Assembly: GCA_028023455.1 (NCBI GenBank)
Contig: JAQFVV010000006.1
Location: 17,360,001-17,424,000, forward strand
Source: Epiperipatus broadwayi
Taxonomy: Eukaryota > Animalia > Onychophora
Direction: 5' to 3'
Length of the DNA: 64,000 nt
In this document: positions 39,830 to 51,585 of the stretch, one piece after another
Position numbering within the stretch: the first letter of the stretch is position 1
How the letters are laid out: the number at the start of each line of letters is the position of its first letter
Notes under the pieces: model-generated
Seen by the model: the letters and a program-made list of their open reading frames with translations, nothing else
Databases searched by the model: none
What the model was told of the DNA's origin: nothing
Program-made: the position numbers and the translations under genes

Positions 39830-40850
39830 TTTTAGATTTTCAGTTGATCCCATGTCTAACTGGCTAACCAGTGCTGGTATATTTTCGAATGGTAGTTTTT
39901 GGCCTCATTAAGTAATTTGAGAAAAAGCTCTTCTGGCCCATTGTTCCATCCATTGTTAAAAACAGTCATTTTTTACACTATCCATATAGTGAAATATATA
40001 AAGGTAGCCAGTCTAATTTTACCATAAAGGCCATTCTTTATTGCCTTTGAGATATTTATACATATAATGTCTGCTTCCCTGATTCTTTTAAGTGCACAAT
40101 AACATAGATTATTCCATATTTCGCACTGATCTAGGATGTGGCTCATTGTCTCTTCATTTTTATTACACATTGGACAAGTTGTATCAATTCTGTATCCCTG
40201 TTTGTAACACAGAAAGGCACAAGTTGGAAGGTTCCGAGGTGACTTTTATCAGAAAATCCACTAGCTTAAGTTCAAGTCATCCTTTTTGTCAACCTCGTAA
40301 ATCTCGGAATGCCGATTGAGAGATGACTCTCCACTGTGGACTCATTGTTTTGTATCATACTAAATGCTTCCCAATAGTTAAGCTTGAATCTAAATAGTGC
40401 AGCTGATGACTTAGTTTTTTTTTAACAATTATTGATACTTTTGTTGCAACCAAATACTTGTTTGTTTGGGGAGAAGGATCCTTTGGTTCAACCTTCACCA
40501 ATGGCAAGGGGCTTTCCATACATGGGTTTTGGCAAAATAATTTCACTAATATATTGTATGTTTTTTGAAATAGGAAAGTGGAGATCGAATACGATCCAAG
40601 CCCATTTTGAGCGTTCGGTTTTTGGAGAAGGCTGAGACTAAGAACTGGGGCTTTTCTGCCCCAACATAGTCTTCTGCATTGGGTTTCCACGTTGCGAATG
40701 AATGCCCTTGTTGGGGAAAAACTAGCCAAGAAATATGTTATTTTTGGAAATACTGTGGCATTGAGAAGGGCGACCTTCCCCAACAATGAGCTTTGAGAGC
40801 TATTAGATTATAATCATCTAAAATTATGGAAAGGAAAACTGCCGACTAGA
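39830..40850 (-). mobile_element. L1/Tx1-type LINE 3' fragment related to the 12.7-15.9 kb element
   Basis: ORF 40355..40786 (GKVALLNATVFPKITYFLASFSPT...CRRLCWGRKAPV) and ORF 39973..40170 (CNKNEETMSHILDQC). Confidence 0.88.
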
Positions 40851-41275
40851 AGCTGAATGCGCAATTGCGGTATGATTTGGAAATGTAACGGAGGGGGCGG
40901 GGCATTGAAAATAATGATGAAATATGGCATTGCTCTGTATAAATTTAAAAATTTGTTTGTTTGTTGTTTTTTTTTAGAAAAATTTTCGAAATTTTTTTGT
41001 TACATTATTATTCTCTCTAGTATTAAATTAATTGATTTATCATTAACTCATTAATGAGTCAGTTTTTAGAATTAGTTATATATATATATTTTTGGTTAAT
41101 AAATTAATTTCATTCTGAATTGACAATTTGGACAAAGGTATGCTTATAAAGATCAGAGCAACCAAGGATAGGTGGATTTATTCTAGATACTTTCTTCAAC
41201 ATTTAAAGTGCTTTTAAGTCATAGCCTGGGAAAAGTTATTTACTCTCTTTGCTTACTATATCTATAAGATATTAC

Positions 41276-41867
41276 ACACGGGAAAGAGAAAGGTTAATAG
41301 CTCCGTGTGTGTAAAATAAATAAAAAATCAGATATATTAATCTTTAACTGAGGTTTAAAGTTTATATCTGTGCTAGAGATAATCTCTAGTTTCGATAATG
41401 ATTAGTAATGGTCATTATTGTATTTATCTGAAAAGGATGGCGTCGGAGTTGTGAGTGGAGGGAGTTTGACAGTGGTAAATGAAATGTAACAATTTACTCT
41501 AGATAAATACTTTTCCTATAATAAAGATATATATGAGAAATAGTGATCTGGGCCAACTGATGAGTGTTGGTTCAGCACGAAATGCATCTTGGGGGTCATT
41601 TGTCTTTTATCATATCTTTATTTAAGTGAATTTAAAAAGAATAACACGGGAAAGAGAAAGGTTAATAGCTCCGTGTGTGTAAAATAAATAAAAAATCAGA
41701 TATATTAATCTTTAACTGAGGTTTAAAGTTTATATCTGTGCTAGAGATAGTCTCTAGTTTCGATAATAATTAGTAATGGTCATTATTGTATTTATCTGAA
41801 AAGGATGGCGTCGGAGTTGTGAGTGGAGGGAGTTTGACAGAGGTAAATGAAAATGTAACAATTTACT
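41276..41867 (+). mobile_element. Young retrozyme-like element: 1.6 tandem units of a 368-nt monomer with one HHR (homologous to family B)
   Basis: 41276-41498 and 41644-41867 are near-identical (3 substitutions and 1 indel by eye). The HHR lies between them. Patchy similarity to the 20.8-21.3 kb unit (agtttgaca, gataatctc, aataaagatat...gtgat.t.ggccaac). Confidence 0.8.
41544..41598 (+). ncRNA. Type I hammerhead ribozyme, intact core, palindromic stem III
   Basis: Stem I: ccaa(41553-56)/ttgg(41589-92) plus distal tgatc/ggtca. Core CTGATGA 41557-63. Stem II gtgttg-gtt-cagcac. GAAA 41579-82. Stem III ATGCAT. Predicted AUC cleavage between 41588 and 41589. Confidence 0.85.
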
Positions 41868-43749
41868 TTATGTTGAGCTATGTTGAATTTAAAGTTTATA
41901 TATATAATGAATAACTGAATATTACGTCATCAAGAAAATCATTTCATTGTTTGATCCCAGGAATCTTATTCGTTTATTTATCCATTGTATGTTTTGATGC
42001 ATCGAGTGTGGCCCATGTCTGGAACATCTGGTGTTTACACTTTTTGCGAATTTTTCATTAACTTATAAACCATTCTATTGCTATTGTTTTTTTAATAATG
42101 AAAATGATCCAAGTATAAAGTTTATTTAAGTATTTTTGAATAATAAATATAATCATTAAATGTGTTCTTGTTTACGCGTCCATGTAGTGATAAGAAATGC
42201 TCTTCTAACTAAGTGCCCTTTTTAATTTAGTGTAATTGTAGAGGGATGGATGCTAAAGTCTTCAGAAACGATCCTCAACTGAAAATAAAAATATTTGATT
42301 TCTAATAACATGGAATTGAGATCGGGCTCTCTTTTGGTGCGTGAACGTCAGTTTCGTTACAATTCAATCTTCTATATATAGATTTCTTATCTCAGATTTA
42401 TATGACGACGAAATGGATTATAATTTTAATTAATTATAAAACTTTGAACAGTTTATATTGTTGGGAAAGTGTTTGCCTTTTTATTTAAATGTAAAAAATT
42501 TAAGCAAAAAATAAAATAATAATAATTACTTTTTTTTTTAATAAAAAATGTCAAAGAAATTTTTTCGAAAGTCATTCATTTGAATATAATAAATCAATTT
42601 CACACTTCTTCCTACTATTAAAAATTGATTTTTTTTCCTTTTTGTTTTTATAATTTAGTAAAAGGAAATTTTAACTTTGAAAAAAAAAAAAAAGTGTTTT
42701 TTTTTTAGTCATTACTTAGAAGTAGAAAATAATTAAAGTCCCTTTTTGTTATTATTTTATTTGAAATAGATGTAATTTGCATTTGATTGATGAAAATAAA
42801 TATTATTTATGATGTTCTTATTGGAACTAGCTGTAATATATATATATATTTACCTTAATGCTTATAAAACATTATTTTAAATTTTCGGTTATTTTTCTTT
42901 CTATATGTTATCTTTAGCCCGGTTTACTCTTGCTTAATTAAGTGGTTTGGAGGAACTGAAAATTGTTTCAATTTGTGATTGACCTTGTAAATAATCCTTT
43001 CTTTACATTGTCCTAACTTTGATTATTTCTCTCCTCAGGTGTGAGTAATACTTCACCAGAGGCTGAATAGGTCAAGATTAACAAAGTAGCATGCTATTTT
43101 GGTTTAGGATTAGTTCATTTTGTATTGAAAAGAAAAGGATTAAACCAGCTTTGGTGAAAAAATAAATGCTTTCATTGTATAGTAAGTATTGAAGTGGATA
43201 AAGCTGCGAGATAGGATTCTTTTAATGAATTCATTCTTGTTTGATTTTGTTACTATCCTTATTTGTTTTGTTTGCTTTAGGAACATTTTTAGTTGTTCTT
43301 AAAAATAGAAGTAATTCTTTAAAACGCAGAGTTAAGAAATGTAGCTAAATGTCTGGTTTTGTTTGACGTATGCCGTATCAAAGTTGCTTATTTTTAGATT
43401 GCTATTTTATTTTTATTTTGAATTATATAAAGATTTTATTTTTTTTGTTTTAGTTATTAATAATTTCTTGCGTATTTGAAAAGGAATGAAGATATAATTT
43501 TTAAGTAACAAAATTATTTTTATTATTAAGGCAGTTCTATATTTATACGAACCTAACTTAAATAAATACTTCTTAGCATATATAAAGAGAACAGATATAT
43601 ATATTAATAATCCTCAGATCGTTTGTGACTCATGCTATAAAGTGTCTCTTACGATGGCATTGTAGTATGTACTGTCACTCGATCAAAAAGTATTTTTATA
43701 TTTTTTTTTATCATAGCTAATGTTAAACCTTCACTTGAATATTTGACTT

Positions 43750-43870
43750 AAACTTGCCGGAGAGTTAGTTTGAGTGCCGGAAGTGCTAACATTGGAATTG
43801 ATCCAAAAAACCTCATATTCCCCAGTCTGACCCTTTTAACACCACACAGGCATCAAGAAATCATGGAACC
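43750..43870 (-). mobile_element. Possible degenerate tRNA-related SINE
   Basis: Reverse complement tgtggtgttaaaagggtcagactggg...ggatcaattcc has loosely A/B-box-like spacing; weak. Confidence 0.25.
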
Positions 43871-44030
43871 CTTCACTAACGAAAATAGGGGATTATCTGT
43901 ATTCTTAAATCTGCATATTGGGTTTAGAGTGTAAGCTGAGTAAAATAGAATTTAAAAAATATTTACTCAATAAGTAGTAATTTATGAGTTGTGGTGTTCT
44001 CTAATATCACATTCTAAAAACCCATTTATT

Positions 44031-44140
44031 TATTATTTTTTTTTTCATGTGTCATAGTATCAGCCAGGAAGCAAAACCGCTAACCCGGGACAACTGCTTG
44101 TAAGGCAGCTGTGCTGACCTCTCGACCACCAACATTTGAC
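44031..44140 (-). mobile_element. tRNA-Gly(TCC)-derived SINE with poly(A) tail and 14-bp TSD
   Basis: Reverse complement gttggtggtcgagaggtcagcacagctgc-cttacaa-gcagttgtcccggg...tgacacatgaaaaaaaaa; aaaacccatttatt at 44017-44030 and 44141-44154. Confidence 0.85.
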
Positions 44141-44263
44141 AAAACCCATTTATTTTGAGATTCATTTGCTTTAATCTTTGCTTCTTCTTAGTGAATATGA
44201 CCTTTTTTTTTCATTGTCTAAATTAGCAGTTGCAAAGTATTGTTTACATGTGATAATTTAATA

Positions 44264-44662
44264 CAAGGCTTTCCAACCTGGTGTACTGATATCCCTAGAG
44301 GGTATCCTTAAAAATTCAAAACTCAAGAATCTAAGTACCCAGGTTCAAATTCCATGGTAGTACTGTGACAGATCAGACCAGCAATGCCTGAAGAAGAGGG
44401 GAGACTAATACCTCTCAAAACATTGTGCATATACTAACCTGTTTGATGTGCTATTACTAACAGTTGAATATATTTGGAATATTTAAGTAAAGTTAAATTT
44501 TTCTAAAGAGATTCAATACATATATTAAATGATGGAAATAGTCCAATATAAAAATACAACAAAACCATAGTATACTTTTATTTATTTATTTTTAATTATT
44601 GGACCATGAAAATTATTTGACTTTTCCCAGATTTGTGATGGAATAAAAGTTGAGAAACACTG
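44264..44662. mobile_element. Old hAT-like MITE
   Basis: Ends caaggctttccaacc / gttgagaaacactg resemble hAT TIRs; TSD only partly matching. Confidence 0.4.
44320..44450 (+). mobile_element. B-box followed by a decayed HHR-like motif
   Basis: ggttcaaattcc 44342-53; CTGAAGA 44388-94, a, stem gagggg/cctctc, AAAA in place of GAAA, then cattgt-gcat. Confidence 0.4.
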
Positions 44663-45959
44663 ATATAAATGTTTTAAATAATTGTATGTACTTTTACACT
44701 TAATTCATAAATTGCACATAACATTTGGAGAAATATATTTAGTATTTTGAAATGGTGTTGCATTTTGATAAATATTCTTGAGAATTTGGCAAAATATTTT
44801 AAAGTTTTAATAACAATAATATTTTTAGAATCAATTTTTTTTATTATTATTTACAAATCCAAGACAAAATGGCAATTCTTAGTCATTAGATTTGTGTGTG
44901 TGTGTGTAATCGCTAAAAACTTCATTAAATAATTACAAAATACTTCATTTTGGAGATCTTCTGACAGATCACTGATAGACTTCAACTTTCCTTTGCTCTT
45001 TTTCAGCTATTTGTAGCACTATTTTGACAATTATAATCATTTTGATGCTTAATTATATTGATATATTAGTTTTAAAAAGTCTGAAGAAGGCAAAAAAACT
45101 ACAGCTGAAATAAACTTCAAAGGATCTAAGTCACATCTCGTAGGATACTGATTGATAGAAAGCAGATGTGAGAATAATTGCAAACTGTCCTTTTGTTTTT
45201 AGTAATCATTAAAATTTCGCCTTGTTTTCATAATTTATTTAAATATTTATGATTATTTCTAAGCAATATGTATACAATAATTATTTCAAAACAAAAAGTA
45301 TTTCTTATTATAATTTGATATTTGAATATATTTTATTTTTAAAAAATATAAATTAACAAATTCAATCAGAAAAAATACTGTGATTGATAAGTTTGGTAAT
45401 ACCTTCTTTTGACATTTTAAAGATAGTATTTATAATATTTAAGATATTATAAATGCAATTTTAAATTTTATAATAATTTGATAGATTTATCATGGCCTCA
45501 CATTTATTTGTTCATGTTTTTTTTTTAAATGTTTTTCAACAAAGATTTTAATTTTTGTTTTTCATGAGTTGAGCTGATTTTCCTTTACACCATCCAAACA
45601 GGAGAAGTTCATTGTTCCCATTATGTATTTTTTTTTTTTTTTAATATTTGGAATGTATATATATGATGGTTTTTTAAGGATGTTTTTCATTTCTAACAAA
45701 TCAAATCTAATTTATTAAAGTCATCTACAAAATAAAGATTTAATATGAAATTCAAATGTAGAATGATTACAAAAATTGCTGTCTGGGAAAACTGGAAATG
45801 TTTTCAACAGTGAAAGGATTAATATTTGAATATAATCACACACGATGTAAATAAGAGTCCAACTATTTCTAATTATTATCTTTAAAAATATAAAGCCTGA
45901 TCTATTTGAATATATATATATATATATTAGTAACATCATAATATATCCCTATTATTTAG

Positions 45960-47285
45960 ACATTTTTATAACTTTGTTAACAATTTCCATGTTTCTCCAC
46001 TTTCTTTTTTTGAAGAATTTATAATGGGTCTATCATGTTCTGAAGCATTTAATTTAACTGTCTAATCACCTCTTTATTTACAGTGTGTAATATTTATATG
46101 GTTTTGTAGTTGCATCATTTACTTTTTCTCCTTTATTATTGTGTATTTAGTTTGTGGAATTCTTACACACACCTCACAAACAAGGAAGACAGGCACTATT
46201 GTTAAAAATAGTTTTTTCCCTTGTCTTTTATTACTGAAATAACTTTTCTTCAATATTTAAATGTCTTTCCATATTTTTGTTGGTTTTATTTTGTTTTGAA
46301 GCTTTTCATGCCATTTGATAGTTAAATACTTTTTATGACAATTTTCATGTCATTTTATAGAAGCTGATATATTTAATTGTTTTTTTTAAGTGTTGTCTTT
46401 AATTATTTGTTTGTTTCTATACACATTGTATTTCTCACTCCAAAATTTATTGATGGATTTATCATTTTGTGTTCCTGCTATCTGTACCTATTCTTTATAG
46501 CCTATATATGTTATTAATTTTGTTCAAGTCAGAATAATTATCTGTAATCTAAATATTTTGAAACTGTTTATAAGTTCTAGTTTAAATCTGCCAATGTATT
46601 TTTGAAATTTGAGGATCATCTTTTTTAATGTGTTTTTTTTTCTTGCTAACTCTGCATTAACACATTCCTGATTATTGTTCATGATCATCTCTATACTTGT
46701 CAAATGTATTATGTTTTTACTTTCATATTTCTTGTTAGTCCCATTATGACTTTCTGTAATGCTTCCCTGCCTCTTGGCTTTGCCTTCAAATATTGATTAT
46801 TTCCCCCTGTCCTTCATTTTTCACATCATTTTAAATTTTAGCTTTAAAATTCTCTATAACTATTCTAAGATATTGGTTGACTTTTTCAAAGCACTTCTGT
46901 ACAGCCATAAAAATTCTTTATTTTGTCATCAAAATAATATTTTGGGGGGAATACATTTTATTATGATTATTGCTATTGATACTACTATTACCATGGCTAC
47001 CACTATTATTATTTTGGTATTTCATTTCAGTTGAATAGTTAGTTAATTTACTGTGTTAACTGATGTACCACAAGTCTTCACAATGTTACTATTACTTCTC
47101 TTCTTCATAATGAATTCTATTCCACTAATGCTTTCAGTATTTTTGCCTTTCGTACTAAAATACATTTTTCACTCTGCATATCGATTTTCTTTTGATCTTT
47201 CTTCTCACTTTGCAATATCTAGTGTACAATATGTGCAATAGTCTTTTACTGAAAGTGATTTGCAGTTTCAGGTGCCAAAAGAATG
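45960..47285 (-). mobile_element. Degraded RTE-BovB-like LINE, endonuclease half
   Basis: Reverse complement ggcacctgaaactgcaaatcacttt matches the 36430 start; gaacatgatagaccc segment matches 37250. Confidence 0.6.
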
Positions 47286-47318
47286 GTCTTCATCCACTGT
47301 TATCATAAGCTAATGATT

Positions 47319-47864
47319 AAACAAGGCAAAACTCTCTCCATACAGTAGTGCCACCCTGTGCCAACCAGACTAATCAATGAATGCCAGAAGGCTTGTGCAT
47401 AAAATCCCTATCTAGTGCCTTCTCATCCAATATCACAAGACTAGTTTCTGGCTTGTGGCCTTTGTCAGTGAGGAGCCTTGGATATTAGAGCACTGCACCT
47501 AGATCTTAGGATCTAATGCAAACTCCAGCAGCCACCTTTTATCTCTACTTAACTACAAAACTATGAGAACGAAATTGAAAACACAGTAATATTCTCAATC
47601 TAAGCTCAATAGCTTATATAGTCATATGGGTCTGAACTCAGTTGAGCACTCATACATTTTGGTGTCTTTGGTTCTTTAACAACCATAGCCACCACTATCC
47701 TATTAGGCAGGATTGGTGTTAAACCACTAAGCATCACATGATCACCATCTTTTATACTAGCACATAATTGTTATTAAACAAGGCAAAACTCTCTCCCTAC
47801 AGTCGTGCCACCCTGTGTTAACCAGAGTAATCAATGGATGGTGATCATGTGATGTTTAGTGGTT
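47319..47864 (-). mobile_element. HHR-bearing repeat, family C: about 1.13 units of a ~458-nt monomer plus a ~29-nt inverted piece, with 13-bp TSD
   Basis: aaacaaggcaaaactctctcc...accctgtg repeated at 47319 and 47776; inverted repeat 47721-47749 / 47837-47865; taagctaatgatt at 47306-47318 and 47865-47877. Confidence 0.85.
47424..47485 (-). ncRNA. Decayed type I hammerhead ribozyme, family C
   Basis: Reverse complement atccaa-ggc-tcctca-CTGACAA-a-ggc-cacaa-gcc-a-GAAACTAGTC-ttgtga-ta-ttggat. The 58004-58039 copy has GTC-tgggga-ta-ttggat, which restores stem I. Palindromic ACTAGT stem III with GUC site. Confidence 0.6.
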
Positions 47865-50409
47865 TAAGCTAATGATTCTTTGTCTTTGATAACTAACTGC
47901 TACATCAAATCTAAAAACATGTCTAAGAAGAAATACAATGACCTTTTTTTGAAGCAGTGGAATCATCACATCTTGTATGTATTTGATGGGTTTAGCAACA
48001 TCAACAAAATATAGACAGGATGTTAGAAATTTAATTCCTTGGAGAGAAAAAAATCCCCTTTTTTAGTAGCTAGAATATTGGTCCATGTAAAATAATAGTT
48101 AATAAAATACATTATAAATTGTTTTTAATTATTATTGATGTATTTTTTAGTGCTTTATTTTTAATTTTATAATTTTTATTTATGTCAAATTTCTGGAATT
48201 TGTTAAACATTAGTAGTTTATTGCTTTCTATTCTTGTTAAAATTGCAATTGTACTCGATAATTTATGAAAATTTCTCAAATACATATCTTTTCAAGCAAA
48301 ATTTTAAATACCGTTGCAGGATTAGTTCTGAATTTTCCTTATAAAAAGTCATAAATTTTACAAAGCTATAATTATTATATTTTTTAATTAGTATTAATAG
48401 TATGTGTATGTTTTACTTACAAAAGATTGTTATTTTTAATCAAAAGATAATCTGCCTTTGACATGTCCTGTTTAATCATGTTACTTGCTGATGTTATAGT
48501 GATTGTGCAGGATACTCTGAAACCCAAACACAAGCTAGAGACTGTTAAAAGATAAGAATGGCTGTCTTTTCTTTATACCTAAATGCAATAATATTGGCCA
48601 ATCTAAACTATTTTGGAATGAGAGCGTGAAGATTTTATCTTCATAACTTTTATATCCATTACATTATTAATTTGCAGTTAAACTCAGTGAAATTTCAAGT
48701 TTATGGCTGGTAAATATTAGATGATGTTAGAACTAAATTAATAACAATATAATTTATAAGCATAGTTTTCATCAGTAATTCTTAATTAGAAAGTAATCAT
48801 GTTATTAACTCATTGATTCTATATTTACCAACCATAAATTTGAAAATTTCGCTGGGTTTAACTACAAATTAATAATGTAATAGATGTAAAGTTACAAAGA
48901 TTAAATTTGCATGTTCTCATTCCATTATGCTTTCTATAGGCTATATAATTGCATTTAGGATATTATTTTATTCATACTTGCTGTGTTGCTAAGATTTGTG
49001 GCAGCACCACAGAATTTTAAAATATGTGAAATGTTATCCTTTTTTAAAAAACTAAAAGCTAATATTCTCTCGTTGTATACCATAGTGTGTATAATTTTAA
49101 TTAGTTCCATTTTAGTAAACTTTGTTCTCAATCTTTAAAAAAACACTGAAATATAGATCTAAAAGTATATTTTATATACCATACATACTTTCTACATGAA
49201 TAAAATGATTTATTTAATAAATTACTTAAAAATTATTTAATGTCTTACAAAAAGTCCTAGAGGATTGCTGTGGTTACCCATCCTACCTGGTTTAGATCAA
49301 AATCCAAATTATATACGAAGATGAAATGGGATATCGTTTGTGAGAAAATTTGGTAATTGTAAATTTGAAGGGGTAATTGTGGGAGAGATAGGGAGAAATA
49401 GATGAGTTTATAATGGTATAAAAATTTCTGATTTCATTTACGACTAATCATTTTACATCATATCTTCATTGCAAACATGGATAAAAATATTTAGCCAGTC
49501 AATTTTAGATCTCTGCTTTGATGATGATGATTGTTATTATATATCTAAATAAGATCAATTTTGATAAGTATAAAATAAAGGATTTTTTTTATTTAAAATG
49601 GATATATTCCAATTTGCGTATCTTCAAAAGCTTTTAATTATAAATTTCAAATCTAATTTGTTTGGAATTTTAATTATTTCTTTTTCTGTATTTGCTTGAG
49701 GTACATCAAATAGATGAACTATTAATCTGAAGGATCTGATATTTAAAGAAGCAGTCAATTTAATTTCAATACAAGCTCAAAATTTTGAATTAATGTCTCA
49801 TTCATCTTTCTCAATTTTATCGGCAAAAGTTGTAATTAACCATGATGAGATAAAAAAAATTTGGAAAATGTCTATTTAAATTTGATTTTAATATTTGTAA
49901 GTATTTTTGAAAAGCTTTCATTAAACTGTATTGTATTTGAAAAATTCTTATCTTTAGCTTGCAATTTATGATTTAAATTAATTTTACTTTGAAATAAAAT
50001 CCAGTAAGAAAGTTGACATTTAATTGTATATAAAAATTTATCTCTACGACTGAATTCGGCTCATCATCATTTCATAATTTAATAGTCGTCTTTTAAGTGC
50101 ATTTTTTCATATAGAAGTGACACTTTTAAATATTTAGTCAGGAATTAAAAAAATGTTTCAAAATTTGGATATTTGTCATTATTTTTGCATATAATAAAAG
50201 TATAAAACAATTTTAAAAATGTATGTTTAGTTACTTGAGAGGTCATATGTTGTTTGAGCATTTCTTGTGACAGATTGATTCAAACATCCTGGAACTTTTA
50301 GTTTTGCATGCATCTACCCTATCTGAGAATGTCTCTAATAGTTATTTGGACAGTAGTGTAATGCTCTGTCTCCCAGTACCTGCATTGTAATTTTACATTG
50401 AGCAGTGTT

Positions 50410-50875
50410 AATAAATCTAGACACTAAAAGAAATATGCCTATGTATCTCAAAAGAATGGTTTATAAGAAATTGATGTGTCAGTCCATACTTATGGATCTG
50501 AAAGGATATCTATGAAAGGGTCATATGGATACAGCAGAAGTATGGATTAAAAATGAAATATGTGTCTCAAAAAGGAAGGTTTAAAGTAAATGTATTCTAC
50601 CAGTGCATACTTAATTAATCTGAAAGAAACATTTATAAGTGAACAATATGAAATTATGAACATTGGAGTTAATAAAAAGATATTTGAATATATGGGTGAA
50701 TGATTAGACTTATAGAAAAAAGTAGGTAGAAATGATAACTAGCCTAGGTATACCATTGTAAGAAATATAAGATGGTCAACTGAAATCCAATACTTAATCT
50801 CGATAGATTAGAACTGGATTAAGTATAGATAACTTCAATCTGCAGTGGAACAGTAATACTTGAAGATGGTATTGA
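50410..50875 (+). mobile_element. Rearranged RTE-BovB-like 3' fragments
   Basis: aaatatgcctatgtatctcaaaag...cttatggatc (present twice) matches 38610-38690; tail remnant ttcaatctgcagtgga. Confidence 0.55.
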
Positions 50876-51409
50876 ATTATAATCATGTCTGCTTTTTAAT
50901 TTTTGTTTTTTATTCTTAGATATGAGGTGCTATCATCAGATAAGGCTAGCTCTTTAATGCATACAACAATCTTCAACAAGTCAGAAGTGCTTTTGTTTTT
51001 ATTTTATTTCCACTAATACATATATAATATATGAAGAGAATTCCAATAATAGCCTAGTAGGAATGAGATGATCTAAAAAAGGATTTGCCACTTCTCTACT
51101 TAAAATACAATCACTTCTTTAAATCAATAGGTACCAATTTATCTCATTGTTTAATTTCTTGTAAGATTTATTTCACTAAAGCTCAAAAATATTTGCCCAT
51201 AAGTCATAAAAAGAGGAACATGGACAGATGTAAATTAGTGTTGGGCTTAATCAATTAAAGCCTATTAATAACCAATTTACATTGTTTAATTAAAGATCTT
51301 TTGATTCCTGTTGAGGTCTTAAAAAAAATTGAGAAGACAAATCCCTAATGTTCATTTTATATATTATTGCTATTGTAGCTATTATTACTACTATCATCTC
51401 ATTATTGAA

Positions 51410-51585
51410 ATATCATCTAAAAAACTATTCCAAGAGATAAAAATATTTAAAAGAGACCATAGGTGAGGTGGGTAGATGAAATAAGATTTTCTGGTATGTT
51501 ATAAAGAAGATAGGCTATGTATCAGAGAAACTGGATTAAACCACAAGGGATTCATTCTCAGTGGATTGATAATGATGATGATGAA
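51410..51585 (+). mobile_element. RTE-BovB-like 3' fragment with (GAT)n tail
   Basis: ttccaagaga...gtgaggtgggtagatgaaataag...cagtggattgataatgatgatgatg. Confidence 0.7.

Noticed and set aside
41437-41456. ATGGCGTCGGAGTT|gtgagt looks like a duplicated host first exon (also at about 41805)
   Set aside because: It lies inside the 368-nt unit, which shows homology to the 20.8-21.3 kb repeat on both sides, and no compatible second exon was found (the 43038 acceptor gives a stop). Not fully excluded
45081-45118. CTGAAGA-aggc...gct-GAAA hammerhead-like motif
   Set aside because: No credible stem III; only 4 bp of possible stem I in AT-rich sequence
49780-49960. Possible hAT transposase remnant on the minus strand
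   Set aside because: Only a vague resemblance, with multiple stops
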